Shown: positions 9,680 through 18,773 of the stretch, piece after piece
Numbering within the stretch: the first letter of the stretch is position 1
How the letters are laid out: each line of letters begins with the position of its first letter
NCBI GenBank assembly: GCA_963764725.1
Contig: CAVXTM010000011.1
Span: forward strand, 64,001-128,000
Reading direction: 5' to 3'
Length of the DNA stretch: 64,000 bases
Source of the DNA: an uncultured Gammaproteobacteria bacterium
Lineage (GTDB): Bacteria; Pseudomonadota; Gammaproteobacteria; JACCXJ01
Program-made: the position numbers and the translations under genes
The notes under the pieces: model-generated
Told to the model about the DNA's origin: nothing
The model's database searches: none
Seen by the model: only the letters and a program-made list of their open reading frames with translations

Positions 9680-9771
9680 CGGCGGGCACTGTAGCATTGG
9701 GGTTTCCAAAGGGGAGTAGTGCAACTCTCCCTTTTGGTCAAAGACGGGGTTCATATACCGCCCGCGAAGTA
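9680..9771 (+). repeat. Double-hairpin intergenic repeat, copy 1
   Basis: GGGGTTTCCAAAGGGGAG..CTCCCTTTTGGTC..GGGGTTCATATACCGCCCGCGAAGTA; similar to 45047-45139 and the reverse strand of 51155-51240. Confidence 0.85.
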
Positions 9772-9791
9772 AAATTGACTAAATTTCGGCG

Positions 9792-11051
9792 ATGCGGCTT
9801 TCACTGTTCGGACATCGGTTTACACAGGCTTCGGGGATCCTCCGGCTCATGGAAGATCTCGGGCAGGCGCTCGCCGTCAACAAGGGCATGTTGATGCTGG
9901 GCGGCGGTAATCCCGCACACATCCCGGAGGTCGAGTCGGTGCTCAAGGCCAGCATGCAGAAACTACTCGATGCACCGGGGGCGCTGGGGCGTGTGATCGG
10001 CGACTATAGCCCGCCCCAAGGAGATCCCGCGTTCATCGAGGCGGTGGCCGATCTCCTGCGCCGCGAGTACGGTTGGAACATAGGGCCACGCAATGTCGCT
10101 TTGACCGGCGGCAGCCAGTGTGCTTTTTTCATGCTCTTTAATATGTTCGCGGGCGCCACGGAAGATGGGCGGAGCAAGAAAATCCTGTTACCGATGGGCC
10201 CCGAATATATCGGTTACTCGAACCTTGGCCTCGCGCCGGATTTCTTTGCCGCCACACCGCCGAGCATGGAGCTCATCGACAAGCATACGTTCAAATACCA
10301 TGTCGCCATGGAGAGCATCGCGTGGGCCGATGAAATAGGCGCCATCTGCGTGTCGCGACCGACTAATCCCACTGGTAACGTCCTGACCGACGGCGAGATG
10401 CAAGCCCTGATCAAACTTGCACGCACGCATGACATCCCCCTCATCGTGGACAGCGCCTATGGCGCGCCGTTTCCGAACATCCTCTTCAGCGAAGTACAAC
10501 CGCTATGGGACGAGTCCGTTATCCTGACGCTGAGCCTCTCGAAGTTCGGGCTTCCGGGGACGCGCACCGGCATCGTCATTGCGCGCGAAGAGGTGATCGA
10601 TGCCGTCGCGCGCATTAACGCGATCATCAACCTGGCTCCAACCAATGTGGGATCGGCATTGATGCTCGATCTGTTCCGGAGCGGCGAGGTGTTGCGGCTC
10701 GGCCGCGAAGTGATCAAACCGTACTATGAGTCCAAGGCTAGGGAAGCGGTCGCGCAACTGACCGACGAACTGGATGCATACCCTTTTCTCCTGCATAAGC
10801 CCGAAGGCGCGATCTTCCTTTGGCTGTGGTTCAAGGATCTGCCGATTACGAGCGAGATCCTGTATCAGCGGCTCAAGGATCGGGGTGTCCTCGTCGTTCC
10901 CGGACACTATTTTTTCCCGGGGATGGCGGAGGCCCCACAGGGGCGGGAATGTCTACGGATAACCTATGCGCAAGCACAAGAGGTAGTTGAGCAGGGTCTC
11001 GCGATCATCGCGGACGAAGTGCGTAAGGCCTACGCGGAGAGACGAGGATGA
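9792..11051 (+). CDS. avtA: Valine--pyruvate transaminase
   Basis: SGILRLMEDLG, LGGGNPA, PEYIGY, SRPTNPTGN, SLSKFGLPG (PLP Lys). Confidence 0.92.
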   Translation: MRLSLFGHRFTQASGILRLMEDLGQALAVNKGMLMLGGGNPAHIPEVESVLKASMQKLLDAPGALGRVIGDYSPPQGDPAFIEAVADLLRREYGWNIGPRNVALTGGSQCAFFMLFNMFAGATEDGRSKKILLPMGPEYIGYSNLGLAPDFFAATPPSMELIDKHTFKYHVAMESIAWADEIGAICVSRPTNPTGNVLTDGEMQALIKLARTHDIPLIVDSAYGAPFPNILFSEVQPLWDESVILTLSLSKFGLPGTRTGIVIAREEVIDAVARINAIINLAPTNVGSALMLDLFRSGEVLRLGREVIKPYYESKAREAVAQLTDELDAYPFLLHKPEGAIFLWLWFKDLPITSEILYQRLKDRGVLVVPGHYFFPGMAEAPQGRECLRITYAQAQEVVEQGLAIIADEVRKAYAERRG

Positions 11052-11809
11052 ACGCGAGCCGGCTTCTCAATAAAACCGCCGTCGTCACCGGCGCTAGCTC
11101 CGGGATCGGGCGCGCCATTGCCCGCCTGTTCGCACGGCATGGGGCGCGGGTGGTGGTGAACTATCGGCGCTCGCGTGCCTCGGCCGAGGAGTTGGTGTGT
11201 GAAATCAGGGCGGAGGGCGGGGAGGCCCACGCCCTTCAGGCCGACGTTACCAGCCCCGATGAAGTCACCCGCTTGATCGAGAGCGCTGGTGCGCTCCTCG
11301 GCCGCATCGACATCTGGGCCAACATCGCCGGGGCCGATATCCTGACCGGGGAGGGCGGGTCGCTACAGCCCTCGGAAAAACTCGAGCGGCTGATCGAGGT
11401 CGACCTCAAGGGCACGATTTACTGTTGCTGGGGTGTCGCGCCGCTCATGAAGGCCGCCGGATCGGGGGTCATCCTCAACATGTCCTGGGACCTTGCGCTC
11501 CATGGCATGGAGGGCCGCAATCCGGAGATGTTTGCCGCGGTCAAGGCCGGGGTCCTCGGTTTCAGCAAGTGTCTGGCGCGATCCTATGCGCCCGAGGTGC
11601 GCGTCAACGATCTCGCGCCCGGCTGGATCGAGACGGCGTTCGCAAAAGAGACCATGCACCCCGACGCGTACGAACGGGTCATCGAACGCACTCCCTTGCG
11701 GCGCTTCGGCACCCCGGAAGACGTCGCCCGTGCCGCGCTCTATCTGGCCTCCGACGAGGCCGCGTTCATTACCGGACAGACCGTGCGCGTGAACGGGGGA
11801 CTCGTTTAA
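11048..11809 (+). CDS. SDR-family oxidoreductase
   Basis: TGASSGIG, NIAG, FAAVK (Y to F variant of YxxxK), ITGQTVRVNGG. Confidence 0.9.
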   Translation: MNASRLLNKTAVVTGASSGIGRAIARLFARHGARVVVNYRRSRASAEELVCEIRAEGGEAHALQADVTSPDEVTRLIESAGALLGRIDIWANIAGADILTGEGGSLQPSEKLERLIEVDLKGTIYCCWGVAPLMKAAGSGVILNMSWDLALHGMEGRNPEMFAAVKAGVLGFSKCLARSYAPEVRVNDLAPGWIETAFAKETMHPDAYERVIERTPLRRFGTPEDVARAALYLASDEAAFITGQTVRVNGGLV

Positions 11810-11900
11810 CGGATATGATTTCCAATCTCTTCAACGTCTCTCATTGTCTAACCTTTCAGTCAACCGACGAGGACTCCCCCGTGGCTTATATGCCGTCACG

Positions 11901-12123
11901 CTACTCCGTCAAAAACGCATCCACTTCCACACCCGCCTGCTTGAGGATGGCGCGCAACGTACCTTCCGGCATGTCGCCGGGATGGTTGGGGATCGTGGTG
12001 TAGCGCCGCGTGGCGGGATTAAACCAAATCTCATGAGAGCCCGCGGCCCGGCGGTCAAACTCAAAGCAGTTGCTTCAACCGCTGCACAATCTCCCGGTAA
12101 CGGAAACCGGCTAGCCTCCCCAT
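11901..12123 (-). pseudogene. hicA: HicA toxin, frameshifted
   Basis: MGRLAGFRYREIVQRLKQL / FEFDRRAAGSHEIWFNPATRRYTTIPNHPGDMPEGTLRAILKQAG; 223 nt, shift near 12065. Confidence 0.8.
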
Positions 12124-12272
12124 CAGGTATTGATGATCAGCGGATAGTCGAAGGCCTCTCGTGCCGGCGGCAGGCGCACGCAGGCCGCTTCCTCGGTCTG
12201 CGCCTCGATCAGCTTCTTGGCCACATCGCGCGCGATCTCGATGGTCTCCTCAATGGTGCGGCCCTGGCCCAG
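12123..12272 (-). pseudogene. hicB: HicB-type antitoxin, N-terminally truncated
   Basis: QGRTIEETIEIARDVAKKLIEAQ...FDYPLII; TGATG coupling to hicA. Confidence 0.7.
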
Positions 12273-12566
12273 TGGTTCCACAACCGCGGCGCGTCGAGTT
12301 TCGCTAGCACGAAACGTCAAGCCATCGGAAATTCGTTTTTGCATGACTGTTGATAGTTACGCTTTCATAACATTCTCCTGTGACTACTCGGGACATCGAT
12401 TGAAATGAGACGTTGGAATTCCTTTGAAGGGACTGGGCCGCCGCCCCGGATTTGGGACAGGCGGCCCAGTTACCGTGGACCTACTGGTGATTGCAGTATC
12501 CCGGTCCCGGCCGACAACCCGATACGTCATCAAACATGCGGATCAACCTTCGCTGCTGACTTGCGT

Positions 12567-13088
12567 TCACAGTGTAACGAGGTCGTCTAACCCGTAGCTT
12601 GCTGAACCAGGCCGGACCGCGGAGCAGGCAGCCGACGGTTCGCTACACGTGCATTCCGGTTCCTCGCCAAGGATCGGGATGCCGTGGTCGGGATTGCATG
12701 CGAAGCAATCGAAACTCGTACAGTCGAAGGTGACACCCAGTTCCTGCACGATATTTGGGTTCCAGGGCTTCCCGGTAGTACTTTCCGCCAGGGCGAGCCG
12801 GTTGCTCGACAAGCGTGCGAGTTGAAACACCTCGGTCATGCAGGCGCCGTTGATGGTCTTGCCGGCGCGGACCAAGTGATGCTTTTTCGATGTCGCGCTG
12901 TAGCCGCCGTAGATACGCAGTACCGGCCCGCCATCCGCGAACCGGTGCGACAGCAGACCCTCGAAGACAGTGACTTGTTTCGATTGCGGATCGACACTGC
13001 CAACGATCACGACACTGGGTGCAGCGGCTGCCTCGCCCGCAAGTCCGATCGTCGCGAGAGTCAAGACCAACCTGCAAACAACGTTCAT
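12567..13088 (-). CDS. Secreted hypothetical protein with Cys-rich C-terminus
   Basis: Signal peptide MNVVCRLVLTLATIGLAGEAAA; GGGAGAG RBS; DCTSFDCFAC..CTC..C. Confidence 0.6.
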   Translation of the reverse strand: MNVVCRLVLTLATIGLAGEAAAAPSVVIVGSVDPQSKQVTVFEGLLSHRFADGGPVLRIYGGYSATSKKHHLVRAGKTINGACMTEVFQLARLSSNRLALAESTTGKPWNPNIVQELGVTFDCTSFDCFACNPDHGIPILGEEPECTCSEPSAACSAVRPGSASYGLDDLVTL

Positions 13089-13251
13089 GAAACTCTCCCA
13101 AAACACTTTGGCGACCGCGCCCGTAGACGCTCTGGTGTTGCCGGGGGCAGATGACCTGGCCGATCCGATCGCTCCGTTGACTAGCTGCGCCTGCGCCATC
13201 GAGGCGCCGGCTGCGCTGCCTAGAGCAATTACTGCCATGCTTAGTTTTTTA

Positions 13252-14634
13252 GGCTCATCGTGAAAGTGAGTGGGTAGAAAATGGTGTTTTCACAGTACCG
13301 GCAGCATGCAGGTAAGCACCTTGAGGCGCAGGTAATCCTCGTCGCGGAGTCCGTAGGCGCGGCGCTGGATGACGCGGATCTTGTTGTTGAGTCCTTCGAC
13401 GAATCCGAGAGAGATCTTGTTCTCTGGTTTGCAATAAGCAGCGATCCCATCCCAATGGCGCTCGATCATCTCGGCGAATTTCTCGTACGGTTTCAGACGC
13501 TGCCATTTAAGCGCGTTACGCCAGTTCTCGAAGAAACGTCGCGCCCACGCTTCACGCTCGTAGCTCCACAATTGGCCGAAAGATTCCTTGAGCAGATAAG
13601 CAGTGTTCAGCCGCTTGTTGGCGGCGAGGAGCCTCTTCAAGGCAGCTCGACCATCGAGGGTCAGATTCTCCCGCCGGGAGAGCAGGGTATATTTTTGGCC
13701 CTTGATGTAGGTACGTTTCTCGCCGCTGAGTCGGGCGTACTCCCCCTTGCGGACCTTATCGAGCGCTTCGCCCAGATGACGCGTCACGTGAAATTTGTCG
13801 AACAGGATAGCCGCCTGGGGCGCTTGTTCTCTGGTGCTGTTGCGAAACGGCTTCCACATATCCATCACAGCCAAGCGCACCCCCTTGGTTTTACGCGGCC
13901 CCAGCCATTTGAAGAATTCGTCCATGCTGGCCTGAGAGCGGTCAGTCCCGCCAAACCAGATCGGTCGGCCACGGAGGAGATCGCTGACCACGATGCGATA
14001 GGTGTGACCTTTGCGGATGGCGATCTCATCGATGCCGATAACCGCAGGTCCTGGCCGGCCAGCCCGTGCAAGCTGCGCACCCATGTATTGCTTGTCCAAC
14101 TCCTTGACCGTCTGCCAGTCGAGATCCAACTCATCGGCCACCGCCTTGATGGTGCTCGTGCGGCAGCGCCGCCCGACGTAGAAAGCAAAGCGCTTGGTGT
14201 AGAAAGGGTTGTCGGCCAGAAAGTCCAGACGCTCGCGCTTCACCTTGCCGCACTGCCGGCAATCCACACGCCGGACCTCCAACTCCAGCCGCACGTGCGT
14301 ATCCCCGCAGGAGAGATCTCGAACCTGCCGCAGCTTCTTGTCGTACCAACCGCGATGCAACGTACCGCAGACTCCACAGCGTGTTTTTTTGAGCGTCGTA
14401 CAACCGTGACGATGCGCACCTTCGGTTCCCCGAAAACCCCGCGTACCGTTGCTTGTGGACGAAAGCCGTCAAAGGCGTATGTGTCGGTGAGACGACGAGA
14501 GCGTTTGCGTTGGGTAGCCATCGCCACAGCATGCCAGAAATTACCGTCCCTTCAACCGGGCGTAATCCCTTGCGGAGCAAGCCTTGCAGCGTGATCATGG
14601 AAACAAAATTACCCACACGTTTTCACGAAGACCC
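13252..14634 (-). mobile_element. ISL3-family insertion sequence, complete (1383 bp)
   Basis: Terminal IRs GGCTCATCGTGAAAGTGAGTGGGTA / GGGTCTTCGTGAAAACGTGTGGGTA; 8-bp direct repeat GTTTTTTA at 13244-13251 and 14635-14642. Confidence 0.93.
13290..14527 (-). CDS. ISL3 transposase, two ORFs joined by a probable -1 frameshift
   Basis: IGIDE, AVMDMW, FDKFH, EGLNNKIRVIQRRAYG; A7C run at 14383-14390 links orfA to CGVCG zinc-finger frame. Confidence 0.88.
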
Positions 14635-15015
14635 GTTTTTTAAACATATTCGCTTTCATGATAGACTCCTTACGGTTAGCAATTGCTAACAATTAACTTC
14701 ATAACAACAATGCTGAAATAGTCCTTCGATGGACTCTTCAGCGTGGAAAGCAAAAGTAGGTCTTCTGCTTTCCCCTTTTGTTTTTCAATCATTGCCGGAT
14801 TGAAAAACGCGGTTACGTCCCTGTGCCGCTTGCAGGCTGCCGCAAACCAGCGCGGTTTCCGACAGCCTGTCAATTTCTTTGGTATCCTACGTTTCCTGGC
14901 CTTGTCCCTGACCACCGCGAGAGCCATGCCCTTTCATCTGCTTGCCGCTATTTGGTGTCCACCCGGTGTAGCTCTTGACTCAACCGGTTTGCGGCTACCG
15001 AACGAATGGTCTCGT

Positions 15016-15903
15016 CTACATCAGAAAGCGCCTCTTGAAGCAGGGCGATCCCCTGATCCTTTGGTTCCACACTCTCGACGGCCATGATCCGAACCTCGGC
15101 GGATGGATCCCGCAGGGCCCGCCATAAATGCCTCGGGCCCGCCGCGTATGGCTAGCGCCTGCACGCCATACGTCCTCGTCTGTCAGCGCTGAATCTAGAG
15201 CCGTAACGACAGCGCCGTCCTTGTCACCCGTTCCGCTATCCGTGAGGGCCGCGATGGCTCGGGAACGCATCTGAGGGTCTTCGTCCCGACTCATCGCCAC
15301 GAAATGGTCGATCAACGCTTTATCCATTGGCGGTTCCGCGACGGCTGCAAGCTTATCTGCGCCACCCGTTTCCACGTGCCCCTGCTTGCCATCAACACCG
15401 GCGTTGTTCCGGGGCGCATCCCGTTGCCCGCTGTTACGACCACCTGTGTTTATTTGAATAGTGTCAGCGCCTCCACCCCGCACGTTTCCAAGTACCCATA
15501 CCTCCCTGGGGACAGACGCAGACGCGTACGCCATGCCGTCGTAACGAACCATGAAGTCGGCCTCGCGACCAAATAAGCGCTCTATGGCTTGCCTTACTGG
15601 AAGGCTTGCGAAGGACACGGTCACCAATCCCGCGAACGGCAAGGAGTGGTGAAACCGGATCCCGGTCTGCTCTGTAATCTTGGTTAGCACTTGCGTCCAT
15701 GTTCCCGCCTTTGCCTCAACACTGAGCAGACCGTCTCGAAAGCTAACCCTCACCGTCGTGGCATTAGGACGGTCGGATCTCAGCGTTGCGGAACGGTTGT
15801 CGCGAGAACTCTCCGTCGATGCTTCTGCCGCCAGCCAGGTGGCGAGGATCGCCGGGACTGTAAGGCTAAGGAGCCCAGCTTTACCTAGTGTCATTCTCTT
15901 CAT
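15016..15903 (-). CDS. Secreted protein with secretin-N/STN-like region and HEAT-like repeat, C-terminus probably degraded
   Basis: Signal peptide; GLLSVEAK..LTKITEQTGIRF..VTVSFASLPVRQAIERL; DEDPQMRSRAIAAL..ALTDED. Confidence 0.5.
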   Translation of the reverse strand: MKRMTLGKAGLLSLTVPAILATWLAAEASTESSRDNRSATLRSDRPNATTVRVSFRDGLLSVEAKAGTWTQVLTKITEQTGIRFHHSLPFAGLVTVSFASLPVRQAIERLFGREADFMVRYDGMAYASASVPREVWVLGNVRGGGADTIQINTGGRNSGQRDAPRNNAGVDGKQGHVETGGADKLAAVAEPPMDKALIDHFVAMSRDEDPQMRSRAIAALTDSGTGDKDGAVVTALDSALTDEDVWRAGASHTRRARGIYGGPCGIHPPRFGSWPSRVWNQRIRGSPCFKRRFLM

Positions 15904-15907
15904 GCTC

Positions 15908-16004
15908 AATGCCCATCGCATAACGTTGATAACAAGTCGCTCTCGTCGCATGCCAGGGAATTCGATTCCCCTTGAATCTATATTTCCCGCGCCGCCGGAA
16001 AAGG
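15908..16004. repeat. ~95-bp direct repeat, copy A
   Basis: AATGCCCATCGCAT..GTTGATAACAAGTC..GAATTCGAT..CTTGAATCTATATTTCCC..CCGGAA matches 19751-19844. Confidence 0.9.
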
Positions 16005-16208
16005 TTCATTTCTGAGAGCCACCGTGTACGCGGACCAGCCGTTACAACGCTAGGAGCAGATAGCAGCGATAAACATCCCAAGAATACGTTCGCATATCCC
16101 GTATGCTTGGAAGCTTGAACAGAGTAGATGAAACGTTATAGAGGAGACCTATCGTACCCCAGGGGGTAATAAACTTGCGCTGGTCGGACATGCGCGTGCC
16201 ATGTCCAG

Positions 16209-16781
16209 CTATTGGTAGTAGAACGCGATGAAGGCGTGGTAGCTGACCAGGATCAAGAGCACGACGGCCAACGAGACATGCACGAGCATCCAGCCGGTCA
16301 GGAACCACCTGTGGCGTATCTTCACGACCTCGTGATTGAGCAATCCCACCGCTAAGTTAGCCAGGTACACGCTGCTCAAGAGCAAGAGATAGGCATGCCC
16401 GAGGCTGTGCGAATGTACGTAGAAGACCAGCGGCGCCAGCGCCCCCCAAGTCTTATGCTGGCTGAGCTTCGCCCGTGCCGCTTCAGCGCGCCCCGTAAGC
16501 CGCAGGCGGGAGAGATACCACTGGTGCGCGAGGTAGCTCAAGAGCAGCAGTCCCGTGAGTTGCTTGGAGGTCTCTCCCGTTTGCAGGGTCACGAGCCACG
16601 CCCATTTGAGGTTGAAGAAGTCCTGGGCCAAGTACGCGGCGAGCAGGAGAAAACCAAGGTAGGAATAGGCTTTTAGAGGTTTGGCCCTGACGGACGGTTG
16701 CATATCACTCCCCTGAACGCTCATGCTTGAATTGCGTGTGACACTCCCAAAGCTCGGCATGCCTGTTATGGCCGGGCTCAT
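16209..16781 (-). CDS. Four-TM His-rich membrane protein (cytochrome b / ferric reductase TM-like)
   Basis: Four hydrophobic helices with HQW, HKTWG, YVHSH, VHVSL, SYH. Confidence 0.7.
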   Translation of the reverse strand: MSPAITGMPSFGSVTRNSSMSVQGSDMQPSVRAKPLKAYSYLGFLLLAAYLAQDFFNLKWAWLVTLQTGETSKQLTGLLLLSYLAHQWYLSRLRLTGRAEAARAKLSQHKTWGALAPLVFYVHSHSLGHAYLLLLSSVYLANLAVGLLNHEVVKIRHRWFLTGWMLVHVSLAVVLLILVSYHAFIAFYYQ

Positions 16782-17692
16782 TGTGCCAAGAGATCCGACA
16801 AGGCTGTCGGCCTGGGCGCGGCAATCTGAGCCTCCGCTACCGGCCGGGCCTCCGATTCAGGCTTAGCGCTCGGCTCGAGAGCCGCGTCAACGGCGGCCAG
16901 TGTCTCGGGCGAGGCGCGTTTAGCCGCTTCCGCCAGGAAGACTTCCGCAGCGAGCAGGTAATAGCCCTCGCGCGGCCAGCGCTCGCCGATGCCGGGCGGT
17001 GCCGCGAACGTCTTGGCCTTTTTCAAATAGTCGCTGTAAGCCTCGCGAAAGCCTTGGCGCAGCGCGCGGAGGATCTGCATGAGCTCCTCGAGCGTCACCT
17101 CCGATGCCGGATACATCCAGGTCGTCGCGCCCATCACCTCATTGAGCCGCCAGTCGTTCTTGGGGCTCTGCGGGTGCTCGTTGTGACACTTGATGCACGC
17201 CTCGACCACAGCGGTATCGGAAAACATGGCGGTATGCATCCGAGTGCTGGGGTCGAAGAAGAATTCCGGCTCGCGCGTCGCCCTGATCCGCTGAAACTTT
17301 TCCATCTGCAGGCCGGCGAAGCGGTTCGCCTCCCGAATCGGAAAGTCGGAGCCCAGGAATAGGCTGAGCTGAACCGGACGTTTTTCCAAGCTCTTGGCGG
17401 TTTCGCGTAAAAACAGGGCGGGCAGCGGACCGGCCTCGACGCTCGCCTCCCGCCAGTCTTCGTCGAACTTGAGCCCGACCTTCTTGCCCGCGGCGACGAT
17501 CTCCTGCGTCCACAGCGCGCGGACGACGTCGTTCTCCGCCTCGACGATCGCAAACACGCGCTCGACAGGAACGATCGCACCGGCGGCCTTGGCTTCAAGG
17601 AGGGGCGGCGGTGCGCTCACGAAGAGATAGCTGATGAGCGCGATGAGGACCAGTACGTATACCATAAAGGATCGGTTAGCGGCGCTTGGCAT
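16778..17692 (-). CDS. Tll0287/DUF3365-type monoheme c protein, membrane-anchored
   Basis: GPLPALFLRE, LFLGSDFPI..AN, ACIKCHNEH, WRLNEVMGATT. Confidence 0.8.
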   Translation of the reverse strand: MPSAANRSFMVYVLVLIALISYLFVSAPPPLLEAKAAGAIVPVERVFAIVEAENDVVRALWTQEIVAAGKKVGLKFDEDWREASVEAGPLPALFLRETAKSLEKRPVQLSLFLGSDFPIREANRFAGLQMEKFQRIRATREPEFFFDPSTRMHTAMFSDTAVVEACIKCHNEHPQSPKNDWRLNEVMGATTWMYPASEVTLEELMQILRALRQGFREAYSDYLKKAKTFAAPPGIGERWPREGYYLLAAEVFLAEAAKRASPETLAAVDAALEPSAKPESEARPVAEAQIAAPRPTALSDLLAQ

Positions 17693-18377
17693 GATCGCTC
17701 TCCTTCTTCGACGGGTGATGAAGCGTTTTGGGATACGGGGACAGGCCACCGTTGAAATAGGCGCGTAGCTGCGCTTGCGGCCAGACCTCCTCGATCCGTG
17801 TCTTGGTTTTCATCAGGTGATTGCCGTGGAAATCGTGGCAGCCTAGGCAGGTGTCCCAGCGATCCTCGGCGATCAAGCGTTCGTGCGGGATATCGATCGG
17901 ATCGCGTTTGAGCGTCGTCTCCTTGTGGCAGGTGCTACAGTAGCCGGTATCGGTCAAGGTCACGCGCTGGCCCCGGTGCTCCAGGTGACAGGAAACGCAT
18001 AGCTGCGGCTCGATCTGCTCGCGGGCCTTGGCGAAGCGCGGCTCCAGGAATCGATACACCGGATGCCGATCGTTCGGGCGCTCATGGCAGCCGAGGCACA
18101 CCGCATTGCTCACATCCTGGTGGCCGAAGTCGACCGGCGTTTCGCGCCAGCCCAGCCAATACCTCACCGTCGCCTGGAGCTGCTGACGCGTCGTGCCCGG
18201 TGCCGGAACGTGGCAGGACTCGCACCGGAAACTCTCATGTCCGGTATTCATCGGGCCGAGGGCGTGGAGCTGCTCCTGGCTCGGCCATAAGAACACGGCG
18301 AGACAGACTAGGCCCACGGCGATGCCGGTGGCATAACCCAGGTTTTGGCGGCGACGAGTTGGATCTATGAGTTTCAT
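17676..18377 (-). CDS. Pentaheme cytochrome c (c3-like), N-terminal TM anchor
   Basis: Five CxxCH: CESCH, CLGCH, CVSCH, CSTCH, CLGCH. Confidence 0.88.
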   Translation of the reverse strand: MKLIDPTRRRQNLGYATGIAVGLVCLAVFLWPSQEQLHALGPMNTGHESFRCESCHVPAPGTTRQQLQATVRYWLGWRETPVDFGHQDVSNAVCLGCHERPNDRHPVYRFLEPRFAKAREQIEPQLCVSCHLEHRGQRVTLTDTGYCSTCHKETTLKRDPIDIPHERLIAEDRWDTCLGCHDFHGNHLMKTKTRIEEVWPQAQLRAYFNGGLSPYPKTLHHPSKKESDHAKRR

Positions 18378-18454
18378 GATTCGCTGTGCAGCCGCGATCT
18401 GTCGTTCTCTGCGCTCGTTGTCGTCGGATCGTGTTCACGAAGTGGGTGTCGTTT

Positions 18455-18664
18455 TTATAAAGAGTACCTGGCGACCAACTCGCGACCCGTTCGGGTGATA
18501 AACCCATCGGCGCAGATGAGACCGAGCTCCTGGCAGGCGAGGAAGAGCATCCCGGGCATACCCTTGGGCAAATACACGGTTCCATCGCCGTAGCGGAAGG
18601 CGAGAACCCGGACCAGCTCCCTCTCGCCTGGGCTTGACATCTGATGATTCGGGTAAGTGTTCAT
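18455..18664 (-). CDS. Small hypothetical protein (winged-helix-like ending GFITRTGR)
   Basis: GGAGG RBS; 69 aa; co-oriented within the cytochrome cluster. Confidence 0.6.
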   Translation of the reverse strand: MNTYPNHQMSSPGERELVRVLAFRYGDGTVYLPKGMPGMLFLACQELGLICADGFITRTGRELVARYSL

Positions 18665-18773
18665 GGGGCTACCCCCTCCAAGTGACGGTCGCGATGCGGA
18701 TAGCGTGCTCATGTTCTTTTCCTATGCTTGATAAGGCGTGCCTCAAGGCATTCGCTGCGTGGGTATGTGCCGC

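Noticed and set aside
9618-9700. moaD upstream of moaE
   Set aside because: No ORF ending in Gly-Gly is present; the interval is short and partly occupied by the repeat element.
13281-14594. 437-aa plus-strand ORF
   Set aside because: Antisense shadow of the ISL3 transposase.
14915-14935. sigma54 promoter for the IS-interrupted gene
   Set aside because: Only the GG-N10-GC spacing matches; the consensus is too poor to support.
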